NCBI GenBank assembly: GCA_964016885.1
Contig: OZ024741.1
Coordinates: 110,732,001 to 110,796,000, forward strand
DNA: 64,000 nucleotides
From: Eledone cirrhosa
Taxonomy: Eukaryota
Direction: 5' to 3'
Positions 1-13,300 of this stretch are shown here, piece by piece. A program made the position numbers and the translations under genes. The stretch's first letter is position 1. Each line of letters starts with the position of its first letter. Below the pieces are notes generated by a model. It had not been told where the DNA came from. It did no database searches and saw only the letters and a program-made list of their open reading frames with translations.

Positions 1-1180
1 TCGGTGTGTAGGAAAGGCGTAGGTAGAAACTCCATTTTATGTCCTAAATGCAAAGTATGGGTGCATAAAAGATGTAGTGGGATCACAGGTAGGCTAACTA
101 AGAACATAGATTTTACATGTGGCCGGTGCTCTGGTGCAATAAGTAGCAGCAAGTGCCCACAAACTACTAGCTCTTTCAATTGCGCAGAGGGTTCTATAGA
201 AATAGTGGACAGCTTCCGTTACCTGGGCGATAAAATCAGCAGTGGGGGAGGGTGCTCTGAAAGTACTGTAGCTAGAGTCAGAACTGGTTGGAAAAAGTTC
301 AGAGAGCTTATACCACTATTAGCTGCTAAAGGGTTCTCACTAAAAATGAAAGGCAGGTTGTACGATGCCTGCATACGAACAGCAATGCTGCATGGCAGTG
401 AGACCTGGGCATTGTGTGCAGAGGATATACGCAGACTAGAGAGGAACGAAGCTTGCATGCTCCGCTGGATGTGTAACAGTAATATACGTGAACGGCAAAG
501 CATAAACGAACTAAGGAATAAATTAAAGATAAGAGGGATCAGATGTTGTTTACTCGAGAGAAGGCTACGTTGGTATGGACACGTGATGCGCATGAAAGTC
601 GATAGCTGTATAACAAAGTGCAGGGCAATAAAGATAGACGGTAGTCACGGAATAGGCAGACCTAGAAAAACCTGGGACGAGCTGATAAACTCCGACATCA
701 CACACTTACACCTCTCCAAGACAATGTCACTGGACCGAGACCTTTGGCGGTACTCAGTAACAGAGAAGACCCGCCTTACCTAAATATATAGTAAAACCTA
801 CTCCAGCCAGTAGGCATCTCTAACAAAATACACCCCGTCCCACCACCCCCACCCGATCCACACCACCCCGTTCTATGTAAAGTTATGTTGGTGCCGCGCC
901 ATCGAGGCCGAAACAAATGAGATCGTGTAGGTGTCACGACAAAAAAACACACAGTCCACGCTGTAATGTGGCCGTGTAGGCAACACGGTAAAAACCTCCC
1001 AGACCCACACTGTAAATGTGGTTGGTGTTAGGAAGGGCATCCAACTGTAGAAAACCTGCCAGACAGTCCTATGCGAGCAAGACAATCACTCTTGCCTCAA
1101 GTGGGACTACCCCCGTCCAAACCCATGCAAGCGTGGAACACGGACGTTAAACGTTGATGATGATGATGATGATGATGATA
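1..1180 (+). mobile_element. RTE-clade LINE, subfamily A, 3' part (cut by window edge)
   Basis: ORF 4-783 is nearly identical to the C-terminus of the 10648-13647 ORF (FRYLG, RLRWYGHVMRM, GRPRKTW); same 3' UTR; (GAT)n tail running into (TA)n. Confidence 0.95.
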
Positions 1181-1195
1181 GATAGATATATAAGA

Positions 1196-1243
<48 letters not shown>

Positions 1244-1951
1244 TAGATATATGAGATCTATATATATATTTATATATATAGATAGATAGATATATAATAT
1301 CTATCTATATATATATATATATATATATAGATATATAAGATCTATATATATAGATATATAAGATCTATATATATATAGATATATATATATATAGATATAT
1401 ATATAGATATATATATATATATATAGATATATAGATATATATATATATATATATATATAGATATATAGATATCTCTATATATCTATATATATAGATCTTA
1501 TATATCTATATATATATATATATAGATCTTATATATCTATCTATATATATATATATAGATCTTATATATCTATCTATATATAGATCTTATATATCTATCT
1601 ATATATAGATCTTATATATCTATCTATATATAGATCTTATATATCTATCTATATATATATCTATATATATCTATCTATATATAGATCTTATATATCTATC
1701 TATATATATATCTATATATATCTATATATATATAGATCTTATATATCTATATATATATATCTATATATATATATATATATATCTATATCTATATATATAT
1801 ATATCTATATATATATATATATCTCTATATATCTCTATAAATATATCTATATATATATATATCTATATATATATATATATATATCTATATATATATATAT
1901 CTCTATATATCTCTATAAATATATCTATATATATATATCTATATATATATA

Positions 1952-1986
<35 letters not shown>

Positions 1987-2067
1987 ATATATATATATAT
2001 ATATATCTCTATATATATCTATATATATATATATATCTATATATATATATATATATATATATCTATA

Positions 2068-2100
<33 letters not shown>

Positions 2101-2267
2101 ATATGTATATCTATATGTATATCTATATATATATCTATATATATCTATATATATATCTATATATATCTATATATATATATATCTATATATATATCTATAT
2201 ATATATCTATATATATATATCTATATATATATCTATATATATATCTATATATATATCTATATATATA

Positions 2268-2300
<33 letters not shown>

Positions 2301-2750
2301 ATATATATATCTATATATATATCTATATATATATCTATATATATATCTATATATATATATCTATATATATATATCTATATATATATCTATATATATATCT
2401 ATATATATATATATCTATATATCTATATATCTATATATATATATCTATATATATATATCTATATATATCTATATATATCTATATATATATCTCTATATAT
2501 ATCTATATATATATATATATATATCTATATATATATATATATAGATATATAGATATATATAGATATATATATATCTGTATAGATATATATAGATATATAT
2601 ATAGATATATATAGATATATATAGATATATATAGATATAGATATAGATATATATAGATATATATATATAGATATAGATAGATATAGATATATATAGATAT
2701 ATATAGATCTATATATATATATCTATATATATATATCTATATATATATAG
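1181..2750. repeat. Compound (TA)n microsatellite with GA/TC interruptions
   Basis: Directly visible; the Ile/Tyr ORFs here are artefacts. Confidence 0.97.
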
Positions 2751-2865
2751 TTGAAATAAAATGAAAACGAAATTTCATTTCTCACTCTTAGTACGGCACT
2801 TACTTAAATGTAAGTATGTGTGTATACGTACATACATATATGTATACAGACGTACAGTAGCATGC

Positions 2866-2918
<53 letters not shown>

Positions 2919-3065
2919 TATATACATACAGGTACACATACATATATGCACGTATCAGTTATAACGCCGCTTTGTTCGTTTGTAAACAAACTGAACAGCC
3001 TGAATTTTTATGCCGTACGGTGTTAAGGCAACCACGTCACCTTTTTGTTCAACACTGACACAGGA

Positions 3066-3108
3066 ACGATGTACTAGTTTCAAGCTTGTTAGCTATCATC
3101 AGCACCGC
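3066..3108 (-). ncRNA. Minimal type-I hammerhead ribozyme motif (family A)
   Basis: Minus strand reads gcggtg-CTGATGA-T-AGCT-aaca-AGCT-T-GAAA-CTAG-TA-catcgt. Stem I has 6 bp with G-U pairs; stem III is the palindrome ACTAGT; there is a U-U mismatch at the base of stem II. Confidence 0.75.
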
Positions 3109-3267
3109 ATACCCATCTGCCAGATAGTTGAACATTCGAAAGTATATACTTTCCTCATGAAAATTAACGGCTGAGCAGCCCAATTTGCATATCGAGTGAG
3201 CCAAGTCGGTCAGGCATACCGAAAACGATCATATATATACATATATATACATATATATATATGTATA

Positions 3268-3304
<37 letters not shown>

Positions 3305-3444
3305 ATATATGTATATATATCTATATATGTATATATATATATATATAAAAACAAATAACGAAACGAAATTAAATTTCGTTTCGCTTCTAACTCACTTTTG
3401 TATGACTGACGCTTATCAATAATGTAGTGATAATATATCGTTAC

Positions 3445-4080
<636 letters not shown>

Positions 4081-4174
4081 ACATACATATATGAGTGTGT
4101 GGATGTTAGTATATATCTGAGTGGGAACATGGGTATGAATACTTGTGTATGAATACTTTACAAGAATGTATGGA

Positions 4175-4215
<41 letters not shown>

Positions 4216-4372
4216 TCAGGTTATCAATAATGTAGTGATAATATACCGTTACGTATATATATATATATATATATATATAGATATATCTATATATATGGAA
4301 ACAGAAAGGGTCATAGAAGTGAAGAGTGCTCTATGTAAGTATCAGAGCAAAATTTAATGTATAAAAATCATA

Positions 4373-4448
4373 TTGCCTCGTCTGACGAACGAATGAAAAC
4401 GTTTCTTTCGTATTCGCCTCATTCGGGAAACCTCTGGTAATGAGGTAA
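4373..4448 (+). ncRNA. Type-I hammerhead ribozyme motif (family B)
   Basis: ttgcctcgt-CTGACGA-A-CGAATGA...TCATTCG-G-GAAA-CC-tct-GG-TA-atgaggtaa. Stem I 9 bp, stem II 7 bp, stem III 3 bp, GUA triplet (predicted cut after 4439); A-G apposition at the base of stem II. Confidence 0.8.
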
Positions 4449-4473
4449 TTATATTGTATTGATTTTTATACAT

Positions 4474-4507
<34 letters not shown>

Positions 4508-4509
4508 TA

Positions 4510-4546
<37 letters not shown>

Positions 4547-4570
4547 ATCTATATATATCTATCTATCTAT

Positions 4571-6404
4571 CGCATCTGCTCTAGGGTCAAGGTGAACGGC
4601 TACCTCTCGGAGCCGTTCAAAATCGCGCGGTCCATCCGACAAGGGTGCCCTCTCTCCTCCCTTCTGTATGTGTTGACTCTCGAGCCACTACTGCGGAAGT
4701 TGGAGTTGTTGCAGGGCATCCCTTTGGAACCGGGATTGCGGAAAGCGGTGTCGGCCTACGCCGATGACGTGACAGTAATGGTGTCGACGGCCTCCGAAAT
4801 CGAGGCGGTCGGCACCTTACTGGAGGAGTACGAAAAGTTCACAGGGGCTAAGCTGAACCGGGACAAGTCGATCGGTTTGCAACTCGGCACGTGGAGGGGC
4901 AGACCGATACCCTCCGATGGCGTCGTCGGATGCTGGACGGAGGGCCCGGTGAAGTTGCTCGGGGTCTGGTTCGGACCGGACCTCCAGGTGGAGAAAAACT
5001 GGGCGGAGGTTACGAACAGGGTGTTTGCACTGACCCAGAAGTGGGCCAGTTGCAAACTATACCTGAAAGGTCGGGCGGAGGTGGCGAACACCTACATAGC
5101 GTCCGTCATCTACTACCGCCTGACCGTAGTGCCCTGCCCAAGGGAAACCCTCACCAAGATGGAGCGCGTGCTCTTCCAATTCCTTTGGAAGAGACGGGCT
5201 CCTATGGTGAGGAGATCCATCTGCTGTCAACACCCTTCGAAAGGAGGGCTGGGGATGCCGTGGCTAATGATGCGTAAACACGCATTAAGGCTACGGCACC
5301 TCTACGTATTCCTCACCGAACAACCGGTGTGGGCCTCGTTTGTGAGACGAACCTTTCCCAGACTCGTCTCACTCACCGAGCTGCAATCCTGGGTCAAGCA
5401 AAGACCGAGAAAACTGGGCGCCTGGCACACTGAGTGTGCCCAGGCGCTCACCGCCTTCTGGCAGGCGGATCCGGTTATCAGTGGAGACTCCACCGCAACA
5501 TTCTATAGAGGGCTGGTACGCAGCAGGTGCGACGACGCCCTCGGAGAAGCCCTAGACATGGAGGAGGACGAACTGGCCAGCCTGTTCGGTAGGACATTCA
5601 GCCCGGGACCTATGGACAACTTCCAAAAGTCCCTGGCCTGGCAGTGCTACCGAGGGGCTTTACCCGTTCGAGAAAGGCTCTACAGACACGGGCGCCCGGG
5701 GAGGGACCCCGCCAAAAAGATCTGTCCCAGATGCGTGTGCGACGAGGAAACCGTTGCACACGCATTGGTACACTGCTCGGGCGTAGCCGATCTGTGGGGC
5801 TATGTCGAACAACTGCTGTCAAGGGTGGGACCGATCCGGTTGACCACCGAGTCTATTGTAATGATCAAGCCGCCTCCCCCCTTCAAAGATGAAGCAGAGG
5901 CGGTGTTTCTGTGCGTAATAGCCATGGCGAAAGAGGTTGTATGGTGGACGCGTCTGAAAGGACTGAGGTCAGGCACCTTTCTCTCTGGCCAACAACTGGT
6001 CCGTTTCTTCCGATATCATTTCGGAAGAAGGATCAGGATGGAGAGAGAGGTGCTGCACCCCAGCCGTTTCTATGAAAGATGGGTGAAAGTGGCGAGAATG
6101 GCCTGTGTGAATGGGCCTTCACTCTACATCAGACTATAGGTGAGGAAGATGAAAGACCAAGGGAGCACCCCTTCTCTGTGCTCCTGAGGAGAAGGGTTGC
6201 ACACTTTTTTCGGGGGTGTGTGCGACCCCCTCAAGGCGCCTCCTCTCTATTGAGGATTTTGTTATAAATTTTATTTTTTGTTATATCTTATTTTATTTTT
6301 ATATTTTGTTATTGCCTCCTCCTTATTGAGGACGCCTTTTTGTGTAAACTCCCCCCTTTGTACTTGTCCCACTTTTGATGCCCTAGTGGCAAATAAAAGA
6401 AACA
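4571..6404 (+). mobile_element. 5'-truncated L1/Tx1-like non-LTR retrotransposon
   Basis: RT motifs RQGCPLS, AYADD, LLGVWF, GGLG; C-terminal CPRC...ET..H.L..C knuckle; AATAAA near 6392; candidate TSD tatctatctat at 4560-4570 and 6405-6415. Confidence 0.9.
4592..6139 (+). CDS. Truncated ORF2 (RT plus CCHC knuckle) of the L1/Tx1-like element
   Basis: 515 aa uninterrupted frame, open back to about 4571; no real start codon. Confidence 0.85.
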   Translation: MNGYLSEPFKIARSIRQGCPLSSLLYVLTLEPLLRKLELLQGIPLEPGLRKAVSAYADDVTVMVSTASEIEAVGTLLEEYEKFTGAKLNRDKSIGLQLGTWRGRPIPSDGVVGCWTEGPVKLLGVWFGPDLQVEKNWAEVTNRVFALTQKWASCKLYLKGRAEVANTYIASVIYYRLTVVPCPRETLTKMERVLFQFLWKRRAPMVRRSICCQHPSKGGLGMPWLMMRKHALRLRHLYVFLTEQPVWASFVRRTFPRLVSLTELQSWVKQRPRKLGAWHTECAQALTAFWQADPVISGDSTATFYRGLVRSRCDDALGEALDMEEDELASLFGRTFSPGPMDNFQKSLAWQCYRGALPVRERLYRHGRPGRDPAKKICPRCVCDEETVAHALVHCSGVADLWGYVEQLLSRVGPIRLTTESIVMIKPPPPFKDEAEAVFLCVIAMAKEVVWWTRLKGLRSGTFLSGQQLVRFFRYHFGRRIRMEREVLHPSRFYERWVKVARMACVNGPSLYIRL

Positions 6405-6410
6405 TATCTA

Positions 6411-6489
<79 letters not shown>

Positions 6490-6567
6490 ATTTATATATA
6501 TATATATTTATATATATATATATTTATATATATATATATTTATATATATATATATTTATATATATAT

Positions 6568-6897
6568 ATCATCATCATCATCATCATCAACGTTTAACGT
6601 CCGTGTTCCACGCTTGCATGGGTTTGGACGGGGGTAGTCCCACTTGAGGCAAGAGTGATTGTCTTGCTCGCATAGGACTGTCTGGCAGGTTTTCTACAGT
6701 TGGATGCCCTTCCTAACACCAACCACATTTACAGTGTGGGTCTGGGAGGTTTTTACCGTGTTGCCTACACGGCCACATTACAGCGTGGACTGTGTGTTTT
6801 TTGTCGTGACACCTACACGATCTCATTTGTTTCGGCCTCGATGGCGCGGCACCAACATAACTTTACATAGAACGGGGTGGTGTGGATCGGGTGGGGG
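6568..6897 (-). mobile_element. RTE subfamily A, 3'-UTR-only copy
   Basis: Reverse complement of about 845-1175, with (CAT)n tail, flanked by (TA)n on both sides. Confidence 0.93.
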
Positions 6898-6904
6898 ATA
6901 TATT

Positions 6905-6939
<35 letters not shown>

Positions 6940-7070
6940 ATTTAGATCTGTTGAATATGCATGCCAATTCTAACACATATATATCCTAGAAACGATCGTT
7001 AAATAATGAACTTTTTTTGTTTAATATAAGGAACTGTTTCATTGTTTTATTCATTATTTGTTTAATATTT

Positions 7071-7102
<32 letters not shown>

Positions 7103-7147
7103 TATATATATATATATATTTTTATATATATATATTTATATATATAT

Positions 7148-8982
7148 ATCATCATCATCATCAGGTTTAGCGTCCGTGTTCCACGCTTGCATGGGTTTGG
7201 ACGGGGGTTTTCCCACTTGAGGCAAGAGTGGTTGTCTTGCTCGCATAGGACTGTCTGGCGGGTTTTCTACAGTTGGATGCCCTTCCTAACACCAACCACA
7301 TTTACAGTGTGGGGCTGGGAGGTTTTTACCGTGTTGCCTACACGGCCACATTACAGCGTGGACTGTCTGGCGGGTTTTCTACAGCTGGATGCCCTTCCTA
7401 ACACCAACCACATTTACAGTGTGGGGCTGGGAGGTTTTTACCGTGTTGCCTACACGGCCACATTTACAGCGTGGACTGTGTGTTTTTTTTGTCGTGACAC
7501 CTACACGATCTCATTTGTTTCGGCCTGGATGTTGTGGGACCAACATAACTTTACATTGAAAGGGGTGGAGGTGGTGGGACGGGGGGGGGGGGTGTTTTGA
7601 TAGAGATGCCTACTGACTGTAGTAGGTTTTTACTTTGTATTTATGTAAGGCGGGTCTTCTCTATTACTGAGTACCGCCAAAGGTCTCGGTCCAGTGACAT
7701 TGTCTTGGAGAGGTGTAAGCGTGTGAGGTCGGAATTTATCAGCTCGTCCCATGTTTTTCTGGGTCTGCCTACTCCGTGGCTACCGTCTATCTTTATTGCC
7801 CTGCACTTTGTTATACAGCTGTCGTCTTTCATGCGCATCACGTGACCGTACCAACGTAGCCTTCTCTCGAGTAAACATCTGATCCCTCTTATTTCTAGTT
7901 TTTTCCTTAGTTCGTTTATGCTTTGCCGTTCACGTATATTACTATTGCACATCCAGCGGAGCATGCAAGCTTCGTTCCTCTCTAGTCTGCGTATATCCTC
8001 TGCACACAATGCCCAGGTCTCACTGCCATGCAGCATTGCTGTTCTTATGCAGGCATCGTATAACCTGCCTTTCATTTTTAGGGAGCACCCTCTAGCGGCT
8101 AATAGTGGTATAAGCTCTCTGAACTTTTTCCATCCAGTTCTGACTCTAGCTACTGTACTTTCAGAGCACCCTCCCCCACTGCTGATTTTGTCACCCAGGT
8201 AATGGAAGCTGTCCACTATTTCTATAGAACCCTCTGCGCAGTTGAAGGAGCTAGTATTTTGTGGGCACTTGCTGCTACTTATTGCACCAGAGCACCGGCC
8301 ACATGTAAAATCTATGTTCTTAGTTAGCTTACCTGTGATCCCACTACATCTTTTATGCACCCATACTTTGCATTTGGGACATAAAATGGAGTTTCTACCT
8401 ACGCCTTTCCTACACACTGAGCATGGCCATTTCCCAGATGGGACTGCCGCCTTATTTTCTTTCCTACAAACTAGAACTTTAGTCTTAGCCAGGTTAATTT
8501 TAAGGCCTTTTGATTCTAGGCCGTGCTTCCATGTTTGGAATTTCTTCTCTAGTTCGGTCATTGATTCAGCTATGAGCGTTAGATCATCTGCGTATAGGAG
8601 TTCCCATGGGCAACCGGTCTTGAACTCCTCTGTTATAGCCTGAAGGGCAATAATAAATAGTAGGGGGCTAAGAACAGAGCCCTGATGGACACCAACTTTT
8701 ACGCTAAACTCTTCACTATATTCGTTGTTAATTCTAACCTTGCTGACTGTTTCTTTATACATGGCTTGTATAGCTCTCACAAGCCATTCGTCAACACCTA
8801 GTTTTCTAAGAGACCACCAGATAATGGAACGGGGGACTCTGTCGAAGTCTTTCTCCAAGTCGACGAAAGCTAAGTATAGGGGTTTACTTTTAGCTAGGTA
8901 CTTCTCCTGTAGTTGTCGTACAATGAAAAGAGCGTCTGTGGTACTTTTGCCTGACACAAATCCGAACTGCATTTCATCTAGA
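7148..8982 (-). mobile_element. RTE subfamily B, 5'-truncated (ORF 7641-8972), with duplicated 3' UTR block
   Basis: 443 aa RT fragment with QFGF, HQGSVLSP, YADD and the PHD finger; a block of about 110 nt is duplicated in the 3' UTR; (CAT)n tail. Confidence 0.95.
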
Positions 8983-9025
8983 TATTTATATATATATATA
9001 TTTATATATATTTATATATATTTAT

Positions 9026-10340
9026 ATCATCATCATCATCATCATCAACGTTTAACGTCCGTGTTCCACGCTTGCATGGGTTTGGACGGGGGTAGTCCCA
9101 CTTGAGGCAAGAGTGATTGTCTTGCTCGCATAGGACTGTCTGGCAGGTTTTCTACAGTTGGATGCCCTTCCTAACACCAACCACATTTACAGTGTGGGTC
9201 TGGGAGGTTTTTACCGTGTTGCCTACACGGCCACATTACAGCGTGGACTGTGTGTTTTTTTGTCGTGACACCTACACGATCTCATTTGTTTCGGCCTCGA
9301 TGGCGCGGCACCAACATAACTTTACATAGAACGGGGTGGTGTGGATGGGGTAGGGGTGGGGGTGGTGGGACGGGGTGTATTTTGTTAGGGATGCCTACTG
9401 GCTGGAGTAGGTTTTACTATATATTTAGGTAAGGCGGGTCTTCTCTGTTACTGAGTACCGCCAAAGGTCTCGGTCCAGTGACATTGTCTTGGAGAGGTGT
9501 AAGTGTGTGATGTCGGAGTTTATCAGCTCGTCCCAGGTTTTTCTAGGTCTGCCTATTCCGTGACTACCGTCTATCTTTATTGCCCTGCACTTTGTTATAC
9601 AGCTATCGACTTTCATGCGCATCACGTGTCCATACCAACGTAGCCTTCTCTCGAGTAAACAACATCTGATCCCTCTTATCTCTAATTTTTTCCTTAGTTC
9701 GTTTATGCTTTGCCGTTCACGTATATTACTGTTACACATCCAGCGGAGCATGCAAGCTTCGTTCCTCTCTAGTCTGCGTATATCCTCTGCACACAATGCC
9801 CAGGTCTCACTGCCATGCAGCATTGCTGTTCGTATGCAGGCATCGTACAACCTGCCTTTCATTTTTAGTGAGAACCCTTTAGCAGCTAATAGTGGTATAA
9901 GCTCTCTGAACTTTTTCCAACCAGTTCTGACTCTAGCTACAGTACTTTCAGAGCACCCTCCCCCACTGCTGATTTTATCGCCCAGGTAACGGAAGCTGTC
10001 CACTATTTCTATAGAACCCTCTGCGCAATTGAAAGAGCTAGTAGCTTGTGGGCACTTGCTGCTACTTATTGCACCAGAGCACCAGCCACATGTAAAATCT
10101 ATGTTCTTAGTTAGCTTACCTGTGATCCCACTACATCTTTTATGCACCCATACTTTGCATTTAGGACATAAAATGGAGTTTCTACCTACGCCTTTCCTAC
10201 ACACCGAGCACGACCATTTCCCAGAAGGGACCGCCGCCTTGTTTTCTTTCCTACAAACTAGTACTTTGGTCTTAGCCAGGTTAATTTTAAGTCCTTTTGA
10301 CTCTAGGCCGTGCTTCCATGTTTGGAATTTCTTCTCTAGC
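9026..10340 (-). mobile_element. RTE subfamily A, 5'-truncated (ORF 9425-10342)
   Basis: Near-identical reverse complement of about 12732-14042. Confidence 0.95.
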
Positions 10341-10357
10341 AATATATATATATATAT

Positions 10358-13300
10358 CGCTTGCCTGGTTGCCTTTCGATATATGATGGATGGATGGACT
10401 GCGGAATCCTGGAGAGTGGAGGAGAGAGAGAAAAATCTGGACGCTCAGCGACAATGCCAAAGATAAAGACAAATTCACCTCTTGGACGAGAATGCGAGCA
10501 CTCCTCATTGTTTCGACCGCGGACGGCTAACATAACCCTACGCCCCCCGCCCCCCACCGCCCCCAACCCCCAAACGCAATCCAAAACTTCAGAGTTGGTA
10601 CCATAAATGTAGGCACCCTAAAGGGTCGCGCTAACGAGGTTGTAGAAATGCTTGAACGTAAGGAGGTCGATGTTTGTTGTATTCAAGAGACCAGGTGGAG
10701 GGGTGGGTCTGCTAGGTTCATTGAGGGTAAAAAACGATGTTATAAGCTTTTCTGGGTGGGAAACGACGATGGGCTGGGTGGAGTAGGAATCATGGTAGCA
10801 GAAAAGTGGGCAGTTAAGATAATAGACGTAAATAGAGTGAACAACAGAATAATTAAAATACGACTTGTCCTCAATAGAACTACGGTGACAGTAATATCTG
10901 CGTACGCACCCCAATCCGGACTGCCCGGCACTATAAAAGACAGATTCTATGAGACACTGATGCTAACTACCTCCCAAATATCTGACAGTGACTATATAAT
11001 TATTGCAGGCGACCTAAATGGTCACGTTGGACAACATTGTGACAGCTACGACGAAATCCATGGAGGCTATGGGTTTGGTACTAGAAATGAGGAAGGCTCC
11101 AGAATCCTGGAATTCTGTGATGCAAATAACCTAACTATCTGTAACACTAACTTCAAAAAACGTGACAATCACCTGATCACCTATAGATCCGGGGAACACA
11201 CAAGCCAGGTAGATTATATCCTTACCAGAAGACGTGACAGAGTGTCTGTTGTAAACACTAAATCCCTCCCCTATGAAGAATGCACCTCCCAACATAGACT
11301 GATAATTAGCGACCTCATAGTCAGGACGAGACGTACTCGACAGCAGAAGAGGACTAGCCTCAGGAGAAAAATATGGAAGCTAAAGGACCCCACAGCCAGG
11401 AATAAATTTCAAAGCATATTACTTGATGCTTTCGACAGTAAGGAAGAACATTTAGTCGACAGTAAGGAAGAACATTTAGAGTCGGACAATATAGAGGGAG
11501 AGTGGGAATTTCTGAAAGCAAACCTGCTGTTGGCGACAGACGAAGTCTGTGGCTGGAGCAGGCCTGTAGGCAGGAGGAGAGTAACATGGTGGTGGAACAG
11601 TAAGGTGGAGGGGTCAATTAAGGCCAAAAAGCAGGCTTGGAAAGTATGGCGGGATGGGGGAAGTAGAGAAGACTATCAAGTGGCCAGGAGGGAAGCTAGG
11701 AGACAAGTGTACTTAGCAAAAAGGGAAGCTGAGGAAAGAAAGTTCAAGCATGTTCTACAACGCGATGACCAAAAACGTGAGGTGTTCAGGATTGCTAGGC
11801 AATGCGTCAAGGAAAACCGTGATATTGTCGGGGAGAAGTGTGTACTAAACGACGATGGCACACTTGCCATCACCGACGCTGATAAGAAGGTAGCTTGGAA
11901 GTGTCACTATGAAAGGCTACTAAATGAGGAGAATAAATGGGAGAAAGACAGTCTCCCCCATATCGACCCAATAGAGGGACCAGCAGTGTTAGTCGAGGGG
12001 AGTATAATAAGTAAGGCAATCAAGGATATGAAGACGGGTAAGGCGGCTGGGCCTTCGGAAATAGTTGCTGAGATGCTGAAGGCATCTGGCACAGTGGGAC
12101 ACACCATGGTCACCCGCATAGTTAACCAAGTCGTACAGAATGGGGTTGTTCCGAAGGACTGTCATAGCAGCATCATCGTTAACTGTTATAAGGGTAAAGG
12201 AGACGCCCTAGATAGGAGTAACTATAGAGGCATTAAATTAATCGACCAGGTCATGAATGTCACGGAAAAAGTAATAGCGCAACTAATCAGAGAGAGAATT
12301 GACCTAGATGAAATGCAGTTCGGGTTTGTGTCAGGCAAAAGTACCACAGACGCTCTTTTCATAGTACGACAACTACAGGAGAAGTACCTAGCTAAAGGTA
12401 AACCCCTCTACTTAGCTTTTGTCGACTTGGAGAAAGCCTTCGACAGAGTCCCCTGCTCCATTATCTGGTGGGCTCTTCGAAAACTAGGCATTGACGAATG
12501 GCTTGTGAGGGCTATACAAGCCATGTATAAAGAAACAGTCAGCAAGGTTAGAATTAACAACGAATATAGTGAAGAGTTTAGCGTAAAAGTTGGCATCCAT
12601 CAGGGCTCTGTTCTCAGCCCCCTACTATTTATTATTGCCCTTCAGGCTATAACAGAGGAGTTCAAGACAGGCTGCCCATGGGAACTCCTATACGCAGACG
12701 ACCTGACACTCATAGCGGAATCAATGGCTGAGCTAGAGAAGAAATTCCAAACATGGAAGCACGGCCTAGAGTCAAAAGGACTTAAAATTAACCTGGCTAA
12801 GACCAAAGTTCTAGTTTGTAGGAAAGAAAACAAGGCGGCAGTCCCTTCTGGGAAATGGTCGTGCTCGGTGTGTAGGAAAGGCGTAGGTAGAAACTCCATT
12901 TTATGTCCTAAATGCAAAGTATGGGTGCATAAAAGATGTAGTGGGATCACAGGTAAGCTAACTAAGAACATAGATTTTACATGTGGCCAGTGTTCTGGTG
13001 CAATAAGTAGCAGCAAGTGCCCACAAAATACTAGCTCTTTCAATTGCGCAGAGGGTTCTATAGAAATAGTGGACAGCTTCCGTTACCTGGGCGATAAAAT
13101 CAGCAGTGGGGGAGGGTGCTCTGAAAGTACTGTAGCTAGAGTCAGAACTGGTTGGAAAAAGTTCAGAGAGCTTATACCACTATTAGCTGCTAAAGGATTC
13201 TCCCTAAAAATGAAAGGCAGGTTGTATGATGCCTGCATACGAACAGCAATGCTGCATGGCAGTGAGACCTGGGCATTGTGTGCAGAGGATATACGCAGAC

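Noticed and set aside
6659-7600. Recurrent [24 protein letters not shown]...
   Set aside because: Antisense reading of the RTE 3' UTR; non-ATG start; stop position varies with homopolymer length.
11432-11479. 24-nt in-frame tandem duplication (DSKEEHLV/DSKEEHLE) in the RTE linker
   Set aside because: Real, but most simply a slippage duplication with no sign of function.
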